In this document: positions 46,250 to 55,510 of the stretch, in pieces
Numbering within the stretch: the stretch's first letter is position 1
Layout of the letters: the number at the start of each line of letters is the position of its first letter
Source: an uncultured Actinomycetes bacterium
Lineage (GTDB): Bacteria > Actinomycetota > Thermoleophilia > UBA2241
Direction: 5' to 3'
Assembly (NCBI GenBank): GCA_963767005.1
Contig: CAVYCN010000002.1
Span: forward strand, 128,001-192,000
DNA: 64,000 bases
Notes under the pieces: model-generated
Told to the model about the DNA's origin: nothing
Databases searched by the model: none
What the model saw: the letters and a program-made list of their open reading frames with translations, nothing else
Made by a program: the position numbers and the translations under genes

Positions 46250-48703
46250 ATGTTCGAAGTCCTCTCCAACGAGGAGATCGCTCCTCGCCTGCACCGCCTG
46301 ATCGTCTCGGCGCCGCGCGTGGCCCGCTCGCGCAAGCCCGGCCAGTTCGTCATCGTGCGCGCCGCCCCGGGCGACGAGCGCATCCCCCTGACGATCGCCG
46401 ACGACGACCCCGAAGAGGGCACCATCACGCTCATCATCCAGGCCGTCGGCATCAGCACCGAGCGCATCTGCGCCGTGGCCGCCGGCGGCGAGCTGGCCGA
46501 CGTGGCCGGACCTTTGGGTCAGCCCACCCACATCGCCCGCCTCGGCCGGGTGGTCTGCGTGGGCGGCGGGGCCGGCACCGCCGTGCTCTACCCGCTGGCC
46601 AAGGCCCTGGCCGCCGCCGGCAACGAGCTCATCACGATCATCGGCGGGCGCAGCGCCCCCTACGTGGTGCTGGCCGACGAGCTCGGCGCCTTCTCATCAG
46701 AGCTCTATCTGACGACCGAAGACGGCTCCCTGGGCGAGACCGGCTTTGTCACGGCGCCGCTGGCGCGGCTGCTGGCCGAGACCGGCGAGCGCCATCCGGC
46801 GGCCGTCTATGCCGTCGGTCCGGTGCCCATGATGAAGGCCGTCTGTGCCCTCACCGCCAAGACCGCGACCGCGACCGTGGTCAGCCTCAACCCGCTCATG
46901 GTCGACGGCACCGGCATGTGCGGCGGCTGTCGCGTCACGGTCGGCGGCCAGACCCGCTTCGCCTGCGTCGACGGCCCCGAGTTCGACGGCCTGCTCGTCG
47001 ACTTCGACGAGCTCGCCGGCCGCCAGGCCACCTACCACGAGCTCGACAGCCACGGCTGCCGCCTGGTGGCCGCCGCCGACGCCCTGGTCGAGGCCGACGC
47101 CGCTCCTGTTTCCACCGCCCCGGCCCCGTCCGCCGCGGTCGCCGAGCCTGCCCCTGGCGCGACTCCCAGAGCCGCAGCCGCGACCCCCGCCGCCGCGCCC
47201 GAGCCCGCCCCCGCGACCCCCGAGGTCGAACTGGTCCCCGGCGCCCCCCTGACGGCCAAGCAGCGCATGGCGATCGGCCGCGTCGCCATGCCGGCCCAGG
47301 ACGCCGCCCGGCGCGCCCACAACTTCAGCGAGGTCAACCTCGGCCTGACGGCCGCCGACGCGATCCGCGAGGCCAACCGCTGCCTGGCCTGCAAGAACTC
47401 ACCCTGCGTGGCCGGCTGCCCGGTCGAGGTGCGCATCCCCGCCTTCCTGACCGCCCTGGCGGCCGCCGACTTCGCCGCCGCCGCCCAGCTGCTGCTCACC
47501 GACAACGCCCTGCCGGCCACCACCGGCCGGGTCTGCCCCCAGGAGACCCAGTGCGAGGGCGTCTGCCTGCGCGGCAAGAAGGGCGAGCCCGTGGCGATCG
47601 GCTGGCTCGAGCGCTTCGTGGCCGACTGGGCCGCCGAGCACCTGCCCTTCGAGGTCCCCGAGGTCACGCCCTCCGGCAAGAACGTCGCCGTGGTGGGCGC
47701 CGGCCCCGGTGGGCTGACCGTGGCCGGCGAGCTCGCCCGCGCCGGACACAAGGTCCACGTCTTCGAGGCCTTGCACGACACCGGCGGCGTGCTGCGCTAC
47801 GGCATCCCCGAGTTCCGCCTGCCCAAGAAGATCGTCGATGCCGAGGTCGCCAACCTGCGCCGCCTGGGGGTCGAGATCGAGTGCGACGTGATCGTCGGGC
47901 GCACCCTCACCGTCGACCAGCTCGCCGCCCAGTTCGACGCCGTCTTTGTGGCCAACGGCGCCGGCCTGCCGATGTTCTTAAACGTGCCCGGCGAGAACCT
48001 GAAGGGCGTCTACTCGGCCAACGAGTACCTGACCCGGGTCAACCTCATGGGCGCCTGGCAGGAGCGCGAGGGCGGCACGCCGATCATGCGCGCCGCCCGC
48101 GTCGTGGTCTTCGGCGGCGGCAACGTGGCGATGGACTCGGTGCGCACCGCCAAGCGCCTGGGCGCCGCGGCGGCGATCTGCGCCTACCGGCGCACGCGCG
48201 CCGAGATGCCGGCCCGCATCGAGGAGATCGCTCACGCCGAAGAGGAGGGCATCGACTTCCACTTCCTCGTGGCGCCGCTTGGCATCGAAGGCGACCAGAG
48301 CGGCTGGGTGCGCGCCGTGCGCCTGCAGCGCATGGCGCTCGGCGAGCCCGACGACTCCGGTCGGCGGCGGCCGGTGCCGCTGCCCGGATCCGAGTTCGAG
48401 CTGGCCTGCGACGCCGTGGTCGTGGCCCTGGGCACGGTGGCCAACCCGCTGCTCACCGAGGCCACCCCGCAGATCGCCACCAACCGCTGGGGCAACATCA
48501 CAACCGACGAGCACCACGCCACCAGCCTGCCCGGCGTCTGGGCCGGCGGCGACATCGTGCGCGGCGGCGCCACCGTGATCCTGGCGATGGGCGACGGCAA
48601 GGCCGCGGCCCGCTCGATCGACGCCTACCTGCGCGGCCAGAGCAGCGCGGCGGAGCCGACGCAGGACGGCGGGGCCGGCGCACCGGTCGGCGAGGCGAGC
48701 TGA
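46250..48703 (+). CDS. Fused NfnA(SudB)-NfnB(SudA/GltD-like) NADH-dependent ferredoxin:NADP+ oxidoreductase
   Basis: N-domain PGQFVI, ERIPLT, GPLG, GPVPMM, DGTGMCGGCRV...ACVDGPEFD, then a Pro/Ala linker. C-domain RCLACK..PC..GCP, GRVCPQE.QCE..C, GAGPGG, GGGNVAMD, AGGDIV.GGATVILAM. Confidence 0.88.
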   Translation: MFEVLSNEEIAPRLHRLIVSAPRVARSRKPGQFVIVRAAPGDERIPLTIADDDPEEGTITLIIQAVGISTERICAVAAGGELADVAGPLGQPTHIARLGRVVCVGGGAGTAVLYPLAKALAAAGNELITIIGGRSAPYVVLADELGAFSSELYLTTEDGSLGETGFVTAPLARLLAETGERHPAAVYAVGPVPMMKAVCALTAKTATATVVSLNPLMVDGTGMCGGCRVTVGGQTRFACVDGPEFDGLLVDFDELAGRQATYHELDSHGCRLVAAADALVEADAAPVSTAPAPSAAVAEPAPGATPRAAAATPAAAPEPAPATPEVELVPGAPLTAKQRMAIGRVAMPAQDAARRAHNFSEVNLGLTAADAIREANRCLACKNSPCVAGCPVEVRIPAFLTALAAADFAAAAQLLLTDNALPATTGRVCPQETQCEGVCLRGKKGEPVAIGWLERFVADWAAEHLPFEVPEVTPSGKNVAVVGAGPGGLTVAGELARAGHKVHVFEALHDTGGVLRYGIPEFRLPKKIVDAEVANLRRLGVEIECDVIVGRTLTVDQLAAQFDAVFVANGAGLPMFLNVPGENLKGVYSANEYLTRVNLMGAWQEREGGTPIMRAARVVVFGGGNVAMDSVRTAKRLGAAAAICAYRRTRAEMPARIEEIAHAEEEGIDFHFLVAPLGIEGDQSGWVRAVRLQRMALGEPDDSGRRRPVPLPGSEFELACDAVVVALGTVANPLLTEATPQIATNRWGNITTDEHHATSLPGVWAGGDIVRGGATVILAMGDGKAAARSIDAYLRGQSSAAEPTQDGGAGAPVGEAS

Positions 48704-48843
48704 GGGACACGGCCGACGAAGGCCGCCCTGAGCAGGCAGAACAGCGGGTGGGGGCGAGCCGTCCGTTCTGATACCATGACCGGGTGTGGCGGCGGGGGGT
48801 CCGTGGCCGCACCGTTCGAGCGACCGACCACGAAAGGGTTCTC

Positions 48844-49527
48844 ATGGCCGTCCGCATCCTCGGTCTCGACTGCAGCCCACGCGACGGGAGCAACAGCGGG
48901 CTCCTGCTGACGCATTCCTTCGCACGGCTCGCCGATGCCTATCCCGGCGAGGTCGAGCACGACATCATCACCCTGCGTGAGCTGCACATCGAGGCCTGCC
49001 GGGCCTGCAATATCTGCGGCAAGACCAAGGACGGCAAGTACGTGCCTTGTATCCAGGCGGGCAAGGACGACGTCCAGCCGGTGCTCGACGCCATGGTGGT
49101 CGCCGACGGCATCGTGGTCGCGACGCCCGTGTACTTCGGCCTGCCGTCCGACCTGTTCGCGCGCTTCGTCATGCGGACCCGGGTGCTGCGCCATCAGGAC
49201 TTCCGCTTGGCCGATCGGCCGGTCGGCGTCATGGCGACCGCCGGGCGGCGCTCCGGCGGCGCCGAGACGACCATCCTGGCCACCTGGCTGCCGTTCGTGC
49301 GCAACGGCTGCCTGGTCGTGGGCAACGGCGACGCCACGTCGCAGTTCGGCGCCTACGGCTGGGCCGGCGGGCGCGGCCAGATCCTGACCGACGAATGGGG
49401 CATGGAGCAGGGCTTCCAGACCGCCGAGCGGGTCTTCACGGTGGCCCGCGTGGTGCAAGCCGGAGCCGCCGCGCTGGGCGTCGAGAACGGCATGACGTTC
49501 TCGTACTCGTCGGGCACCCGCTCCTGA
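48844..49527 (+). CDS. Iron-sulfur flavoprotein (Isf/multimeric flavodoxin family)
   Basis: CSPR..SNS, CRACNIC...C cluster motif, ADGIVVATPVYFG, GGAETT. Confidence 0.85.
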   Translation: MAVRILGLDCSPRDGSNSGLLLTHSFARLADAYPGEVEHDIITLRELHIEACRACNICGKTKDGKYVPCIQAGKDDVQPVLDAMVVADGIVVATPVYFGLPSDLFARFVMRTRVLRHQDFRLADRPVGVMATAGRRSGGAETTILATWLPFVRNGCLVVGNGDATSQFGAYGWAGGRGQILTDEWGMEQGFQTAERVFTVARVVQAGAAALGVENGMTFSYSSGTRS

Positions 49528-49559
49528 CCGACGAAGACCACGACAGACTGGTGGAGGAC

Positions 49560-49814
49560 ATGAGCGACGCCGACAAGATCCTCGAGTTCATCCGCGACGA
49601 GGCCGTCGACACGCCGCCCGAGCGCATCGACGCCGACACGTCGCTGTTTCGCGACCAGCTCCTCGACTCGATGAGTCTCACCAGCCTCATCACGTTCCTC
49701 GAGGACGAGTTCGCCATCAAGGTCGGGGCCATGGACGTGGTGTTCGAGAACCTCGACACCGTCAACCACATGCTGGCGTTCATCGAGCGCAAGAAGGCGG
49801 CGGTCGGTGGCTGA
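49560..49814 (+). CDS. Acyl carrier protein (DltC-like)
   Basis: SD GGAGG. 84-aa acidic protein with TSLF....LDSM (phosphopantetheine Ser), FLEDEF and ENLDT. Confidence 0.88.
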   Translation: MSDADKILEFIRDEAVDTPPERIDADTSLFRDQLLDSMSLTSLITFLEDEFAIKVGAMDVVFENLDTVNHMLAFIERKKAAVGG

Positions 49815-50061
49815 ACCGGCCGCCACGCCGGCGACCGCCATGCGCGGCGACGCGCCGTCGCCCGAACACCTCGCGTCGCCGGCCGACGGCCGCGCGGCCG
49901 TCGCCGACTCCGGCGCCACCGCCCGCCGCGCGTCGCTGCGGGTCGGCTACGTGCTCGGTCTTGCCGTGCAGGTCCTGTTCTGGTTCCTGATCTTCATGGC
50001 GATCGCGGTCGCGGTCGGCGCAGGCGGACACCTCACCGAGTTCCGGTACGTCGGCTTCTAG
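49807..50061 (+). CDS. DltX-like small membrane protein with a C-terminal tyrosine motif
   Basis: Overlaps the ACP stop. One TM helix followed by GAGGHLTE-FRYVGF*. Lies between the ACP and the ligase/MBOAT genes. Confidence 0.72.
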   Translation: MAEPAATPATAMRGDAPSPEHLASPADGRAAVADSGATARRASLRVGYVLGLAVQVLFWFLIFMAIAVAVGAGGHLTEFRYVGF

Positions 50062-50077
50062 ACGGCTGCCCGGACCT

Positions 50078-51544
50078 GTGGACAGCGCCGTCGCCACCCT
50101 GCTCGAGCTCGCCGCGGACGATCCGGCGCGGCCGCTCCTGCTCACCGAGGGCCGTACGCTCACTTACGGCGAGTTCGCCGGCCGGGCGGCCAGCCTCGCT
50201 GCCGCCTTGCGGACGGCCGGCCTGGGGCGTGGCGACCGGGTCGCTACCCTGATCGAAGACTACGACGCCTTCTTCCTTTCGATGTTCGCGGTGTGGCTCG
50301 CGGGCGGTGTTCTCGTGCCCCTCAACACGAGCCTGCCCGCAGCCGACGTCGACTGGCTGCTCGACAAGGCGCGGCCGCGCCTGCTACTGGTCACGACCGG
50401 CGCCGCCGGCCCGCGCCGCGGGGTGTCCTGCCTGACCGTCGCGGCCGAGGGGCCCGGCGCCGAGCCCGGCGGCTGCCTGTCGACCGCCGCCGACGAGCTC
50501 GCCATGATCATGTTCACGTCGGGCACGACCGGGGTGCCCAAGGGCGTGTGTCACACGCTGCGCGCGACCTCCGGGAACGCCGGTCGCGTGGCCGGCGTGC
50601 TCGGCCTGAACGCCGCCGACCGCATCTTCATCAACACGCCGCCCTACTTCACGAGCGGCATCTGTCACTTTCTGACGCTCCTGGCGGCCGGCGGCAGCAC
50701 GGTCGGCCGGCGCGGCTTCTTCTTCGGCGACGGCCTGCTCGCCGAGCTGATTGAGCTCGGCTGCACCGGCTTCGGCGGCGCGCCGGCCCACCTCGTGCGG
50801 GTGGTCGGACCGCTCGACGAGGCGCCCGCGACGTCGGGGCTGCGCTTCTGGGTGAGCTCGGGCGACCACCTCGCGCTCGAGACGATCGAGCGTGTCGGCC
50901 GGCTGCTGCCCGACGTACGGCTCTTCAACATGTACGGCCTGACCGAGGTCGGTGGGCGTCTCTGCGTGCTCCCGCCCGACGAGCTCGAGCGGCGCCGGGG
51001 GTCGGTGGGCCGCCCGCTGCCCGGGATGATCGTGACGGTGCGCGACGCGGACGGGCAGGCGCTACCCGACGGCACCGAGGGTGAGCTCTACGTGAGCGGT
51101 CCGCTCCTCATGCAGGCCTACCTCGACGAGCCCGACATCACGGCCGCCACGCTCACCCCGCACGGCCTGCGCACCGGCGACTTCGGCCGCCGCGACGCCG
51201 ACGGCTTCGTGTGGGTCGCGGGCCGCCGCGACGACATCATCAAGCGCGGCGGCGAGAAGGTCTCGATCGTGCACATCCAGGAGGCGCTGCGCGCGCTCGG
51301 CACGTTCGCCGACGTCGCGGTGGTCGCGGCCGACGACGCCATCCTGGGCCACGTGCCGGTGGCCTTCGTCGTCCCGGCCGACGGGCTGCCGCTCAAGCGC
51401 ACGGCGGTGATGCGCGAGCTGCGCACCGTGCTGCCGTCGACCTCGCTGCCGAGCCGCATCGTGCCGCTCGATGAGATCCCGCGCACCGGCTCGGGCAAGG
51501 CGATCCGCGCCGAGTTGCTGCGCCTGGCCGCACGCGACGTGTAA
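50078..51544 (+). CDS. AMP-forming acyl ligase (ANL family, DltA position)
   Basis: MFTSGTTGVPKG, NMYGLTE, LRTGD, GRRDDIIKRGGEKV, PRTGSGK. Confidence 0.9.
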   Translation: MDSAVATLLELAADDPARPLLLTEGRTLTYGEFAGRAASLAAALRTAGLGRGDRVATLIEDYDAFFLSMFAVWLAGGVLVPLNTSLPAADVDWLLDKARPRLLLVTTGAAGPRRGVSCLTVAAEGPGAEPGGCLSTAADELAMIMFTSGTTGVPKGVCHTLRATSGNAGRVAGVLGLNAADRIFINTPPYFTSGICHFLTLLAAGGSTVGRRGFFFGDGLLAELIELGCTGFGGAPAHLVRVVGPLDEAPATSGLRFWVSSGDHLALETIERVGRLLPDVRLFNMYGLTEVGGRLCVLPPDELERRRGSVGRPLPGMIVTVRDADGQALPDGTEGELYVSGPLLMQAYLDEPDITAATLTPHGLRTGDFGRRDADGFVWVAGRRDDIIKRGGEKVSIVHIQEALRALGTFADVAVVAADDAILGHVPVAFVVPADGLPLKRTAVMRELRTVLPSTSLPSRIVPLDEIPRTGSGKAIRAELLRLAARDV

Positions 51545-51553
51545 GGCGGCGTA

Positions 51554-52894
51554 GTGCAGATCTTCTTCAGCTGGATCCTGGTCCCGGTGATCGTCGTGGC
51601 GGTGCCGCTGTTCTGGCTCGTGCTGCGACGCGAGGCGCACCGCCTGTGGTTCCTGATCGTCGGCTCGCTCGCGCTGCTCGCGCTGCTCAACCCGGCCTTC
51701 GCCGTCGTGTCGGTGTGCCTGGTCGTGGCCACGCACCAGCTCGTCGAGCAGTTGCGCGCCAAGCGCCTGTCGGTGGGGCGCGCCGTGCTCATCGGCGTCC
51801 TCGGGGCGATCGTGGTGCTCGCCCTGGGCAAGTACGGCCAGCGCATGGTCGGCGGCCTGTGGGGCACCGACGACTGGGTCTACACGCGGATCGCCATGCC
51901 GCTCGGCGTGAGCTACTTCGCCTTCCGCCTGCTGCAGTACGTCTTCGACCAGGCCCGTGGCGTGCTCACCGAGAACTCGCTGCTGCGCTTGGCCGCCTTT
52001 GTCTGCTTCCTGCCGACCTTCGCCGCCGGTCCCATCGAGACCTACCAGGGCTTCTACGGCAAGCGCAGCACGAGCTTCGACCGCGACCTCTTCTACCAGG
52101 GCCTGCGGCGCATCGCCATCGGCTACTTCAAGAAGGTCTTCGTCGAGAGCTTCTTCCTGGCCATCTACATCGCGCCCGAGGTGCGCGCCCCGCTCACGCC
52201 GGGCTGGCATTTCAGCACGGCACGGCCGCTGCAGGCCGCCGGCTTTGTGATCTTCGCCTTCCTGCGCGCCTACATCGACCTGTCGGCCTACACCGACCTC
52301 GCCATCGGCTTCTCGCGCCTGTTCGGGTTCCGCATCATGGAGAACTTCAACAACCCGCTCCTGAAGCGCAACCTGAGCGAGTTCTGGCGCTCGTGGCACA
52401 TCTCACTGTCGACCTGGTGCCGCAACAACGTGTACTTCCCGGTGTTCGGCGCGACCCGCAAGGTCTGGCTCGGCCTCTACTCGAGCATGATCGTCATGGG
52501 CCTCTGGCACTACGTCGACCTCAACTGGTTCTCGTGGGCCCTGTGGCACGGCACCGGCCTCGTCGTCGTGAGCTGGTGGCTCGCGCGCAAGAAGGCCTTC
52601 CGCAAGGCTCACCGCGGCAACGCTTTCTGGAGCCGCAGCTCGTGGCGTCACGCGTTGCTGTCGCCGCTCTGGTACGTCATGACGTTCTGCTACGTGGCGC
52701 TCGGCTACGCCTTTGTGGGCACGCCCAACATCACGGTCGCCCTGCGTGTGCTGACCGGTGCGATCGCCGGGCCCGTTGTGTGGCTCGCCCGGCACGGCCT
52801 CGAGGGTCTCGTCATGCTGCTCGTCGTGGTCGCCGTGGCCGTCGCGGTCACGGCCGTCGTGACCGCTGTGCGGCGCCGACCGCAGCCGGCCTGA
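51554..52894 (+). CDS. MBOAT O-acyltransferase (DltB/AlgI/PatA-like)
   Basis: PLGVSYFAF, AAGPI, YIDLSAYTDLAIG, ENFNNP, EFWRSWHISLSTW, MGLWH. Confidence 0.93.
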   Translation: MQIFFSWILVPVIVVAVPLFWLVLRREAHRLWFLIVGSLALLALLNPAFAVVSVCLVVATHQLVEQLRAKRLSVGRAVLIGVLGAIVVLALGKYGQRMVGGLWGTDDWVYTRIAMPLGVSYFAFRLLQYVFDQARGVLTENSLLRLAAFVCFLPTFAAGPIETYQGFYGKRSTSFDRDLFYQGLRRIAIGYFKKVFVESFFLAIYIAPEVRAPLTPGWHFSTARPLQAAGFVIFAFLRAYIDLSAYTDLAIGFSRLFGFRIMENFNNPLLKRNLSEFWRSWHISLSTWCRNNVYFPVFGATRKVWLGLYSSMIVMGLWHYVDLNWFSWALWHGTGLVVVSWWLARKKAFRKAHRGNAFWSRSSWRHALLSPLWYVMTFCYVALGYAFVGTPNITVALRVLTGAIAGPVVWLARHGLEGLVMLLVVVAVAVAVTAVVTAVRRRPQPA

Positions 52895-53040
52895 GGGGTC
52901 TTTGCGAGGGGGCGGGGGCGCCCGCGGCGGTGTCGCTGCTTGGCAACTTCTGTGAGCATGTGATACTGTGCCGGCTCACGACGTGAGCGGCCCCTGCTGC
53001 CGCCTGTGATCTTGCGCTCGCACGACCCGGAGGCGACGCG

Positions 53041-54021
53041 ATGAAGATCGACAGAGCATTCAGATGTGTGGTCGTTCTTTCGGTCCTTTCGACCCTTCTC
53101 CTTCTCGTCGTCGCCTCGTCGGCGTCGGCGAGCTCGCTCACCAATGCGACGGCCCAGGCGCGGGCGGTCTCCGCGCAGGTGAGCGCCCTCGACCTGCAGG
53201 TCGACCAGACGGTCAACGCCTACGCGGCCGCCGTGCAGCGTCTCACCGCCATTCAGGCGCAGGTGGGCGCGAACCGCGCCGCGCTCAGCCTCGACCGGTA
53301 CCAGCTCACCATGGCCCAGCAGCAGCTCGCCCAGCACCTCGTGCTCGCCTACAAGGGCGGCGGCGACGGCGTGCTCAACGCCGTGTTCCAGGCGGGCAGC
53401 TTCAGCGACCTGCTCACGCGGCTCGACTACGTACAGCACCTGACCGGCGACGACGCGACCCTGATCCAGGCGGTGCGGCAGCACCGCCGTCAACTCGACG
53501 CGACGGGCAGGGCCCTGCAGAAGGAGCTCAAAAGCGCCGAGACGACGGCGGCCGACCTCACCGCCGCGCGCGACCGGGTCGACGGGGAGCTGAGCGCGCG
53601 CCAGGCGCTGCTGCACGGTCTGAAGGACACGGTCGCGCGACTGGTGGCCGCGCAGCGGACGGTGACGCCCGTCGTGACGACATCCGCCAGCACGCCGGCG
53701 CCGCCCTCGACGGCCGGCGACGGCGGCGGCCCCTGGTGGCCGGCGATCAAGGCCGCCGCCGCCGCCGACGGCATCTGGGCCGAGGGCCTCTACCGGCTGA
53801 TGATGGCCGAGTCGGGCGGGTGCTGCACGGCCTCCAACGGGGTCGACCTCGGCCTCTTCCAGTACGCGACCGGCACCTGGAAGGGCGCCTGGAACCCCTG
53901 GCGCTCGGCGAGCATCTTCGACGGCGGCGCCCAGATCAGGGCGACCGCGCTCGCCGTCCACCTGGGCTACGGCCCGGCGTGGTGGCCCACCACGTACCCC
54001 TGGGCCTTCTCGCGCCAGTAG
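53041..54021 (+). CDS. Secreted PcsB/CwlO-type coiled coil + lytic transglycosylase/Rpf-like domain
   Basis: Signal peptide, AYKGG...SFSDLL.RLDY coiled coil, C-terminal LMMAESGG...GLFQY..TW domain. SD GGAGG. Confidence 0.8.
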   Translation: MKIDRAFRCVVVLSVLSTLLLLVVASSASASSLTNATAQARAVSAQVSALDLQVDQTVNAYAAAVQRLTAIQAQVGANRAALSLDRYQLTMAQQQLAQHLVLAYKGGGDGVLNAVFQAGSFSDLLTRLDYVQHLTGDDATLIQAVRQHRRQLDATGRALQKELKSAETTAADLTAARDRVDGELSARQALLHGLKDTVARLVAAQRTVTPVVTTSASTPAPPSTAGDGGGPWWPAIKAAAAADGIWAEGLYRLMMAESGGCCTASNGVDLGLFQYATGTWKGAWNPWRSASIFDGGAQIRATALAVHLGYGPAWWPTTYPWAFSRQ

Positions 54022-54032
54022 GCCGCCGCACA

Positions 54033-54077
54033 ACTCCGTCGTCGGCGTTCGGGCCGGCGTGACTTGGTCGCGCGCCT
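54033..54077 (-). repeat. Dispersed intergenic repeat (29-bp-period family), copy 4
   Basis: Reverse complement AGGCGCGCGACCAAGTCACGCCGGCCCGAACGCCGACGACGGAGT is 37/45 identical to 46003-46047. Confidence 0.65.
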
Positions 54078-54346
54078 GGTCCGCGCCGCGCGCCGCTCAC
54101 CCGCCTGAGGCTCCGCCGCACTCGCCCGAGCGCCGCTCGCGCCACCCTCTCCGTCGCACGACGCGACCGAGCCCCAACCTGAGCAGAACGGCCGCGACGG
54201 CCTCGGTAGTCGCTGCGCCGAATCGGGGATAGTAGGCACGATGAGCGGCGGCCGGCCGGCGGCCGAAGGGCAGCGCGGCCGGCGCGGCTCATCGTGAAGG
54301 GGGTGGCCGCACGATCGGCCCATCCTTCGACGGCGAGGGAGTGCAT

Positions 54347-55510
54347 ATGGCATACGACGACAGCAAGCTTGCCGCGCTGGCGGACTTCGGCCAGAGCGTC
54401 TGGCTCGACTTCATCAGCCGCGACATCCTGCGTTCGGGCCGTCTCGACGAGCTCGTCGCGCGGGGCGTGACCGGGATGACCACCAATCCCACGATCTTCC
54501 AGAAGGCGATCGCTCAGGGCGACGCCTACGACGAGGAGATCGCCGAGCTCGCCGAGCAGGGTCGTTCGGCCGCCGAGATCGCCGACGCGCTGATCGTCTC
54601 CGACGTGCGCGCGGCCTGCGACCTGCTGCGCCCGGTCTACGACGGCAGCGCTCACCGCGACGGTTACGTGTCGATCGAAGTGTCGCCCGAGGTCGCCTAC
54701 GACACGCGGGCGACGCTGCGTGAGGCGCGACGCCTGCACGACGCGGTCGGGCGTCCCAATGTCATGGTCAAGATCCCCGGCACGCCGCCCGGGATCGCCG
54801 CCGTCCGCCAGGCCGTCGCGGCCGGCCTGCACATCAACATCACCCTGCTCTTCGCGATCGCCGCCTACGAGCGCGTGATCGACGCCTTCCAGGGCGGACT
54901 CGAGGAGCGCGTCGCCCGGGGCGAGCCGATCGACGACGTGCACTCGGTGGCGAGCTTCTTCGTGTCGCGCATCGACGCGAAGGCCGACCGCGAGATCGAC
55001 GACCGTCTGAGCGGCGAGGTCGACGCCGTGGTGCGCGAGCGGCTCGAGGGCCTGCGCGCCAGCCTCGCTCTGGCCAACGCCCGTCTCGCCTACGGGCGCT
55101 TCAACGAGTCGCTGTCGTCGGACCGCTGGCACCGTCTGGCCGAACGCGGGGCGCACCCGCAACGGCTGCTGTGGGCCAGCACGAGCACCAAGGATCCGCG
55201 ATACGATGATCTGCTGTACGTCGACAACCTGATCGGGCGACGCACCGTCGACACCGTGCCCGAGGAGACGCTCAACGCCTTCCTCGACCACGGCGTGGTC
55301 CGCCGGACGCTCGGCCGCGACGCCGACGACGAGGCCCGCGCCCGGGTGGAGCGGGCGGCGGCCCTCGGGGTCGACCTGCGCACGATCACCGGCGAGCTGC
55401 AGGCCGAGGGCGTGCGTCTGTTCAGCGACTCGTTCGAGGGGCTGCGCGACACCGTCGAACGCAAACGTGCCGAGCTCCTGGCCGGCGAGGAGAGGAGGCT
55501 GAGTGCCTAG
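54347..55510 (+). CDS. tal: Transaldolase
   Basis: SVWLD, GMTTNPTIF, VSIEVSP, VMVKIP, NITLLF, SVASFFVSR, QRLLWASTSTK. Confidence 0.95.
   Translation: MAYDDSKLAALADFGQSVWLDFISRDILRSGRLDELVARGVTGMTTNPTIFQKAIAQGDAYDEEIAELAEQGRSAAEIADALIVSDVRAACDLLRPVYDGSAHRDGYVSIEVSPEVAYDTRATLREARRLHDAVGRPNVMVKIPGTPPGIAAVRQAVAAGLHINITLLFAIAAYERVIDAFQGGLEERVARGEPIDDVHSVASFFVSRIDAKADREIDDRLSGEVDAVVRERLEGLRASLALANARLAYGRFNESLSSDRWHRLAERGAHPQRLLWASTSTKDPRYDDLLYVDNLIGRRTVDTVPEETLNAFLDHGVVRRTLGRDADDEARARVERAAALGVDLRTITGELQAEGVRLFSDSFEGLRDTVERKRAELLAGEERRLSA

Noticed and set aside
46250-48703. Glutamate synthase small subunit or dihydroorotate dehydrogenase subunit
   Set aside because: No gltB or pyrD is adjacent, and the two-domain fusion fits NfnAB better.
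49560-51544. NRPS/PKS secondary-metabolite cluster
   Set aside because: No condensation, ketosynthase or thioesterase domains. The MBOAT and DltX-like partners point to envelope acylation.
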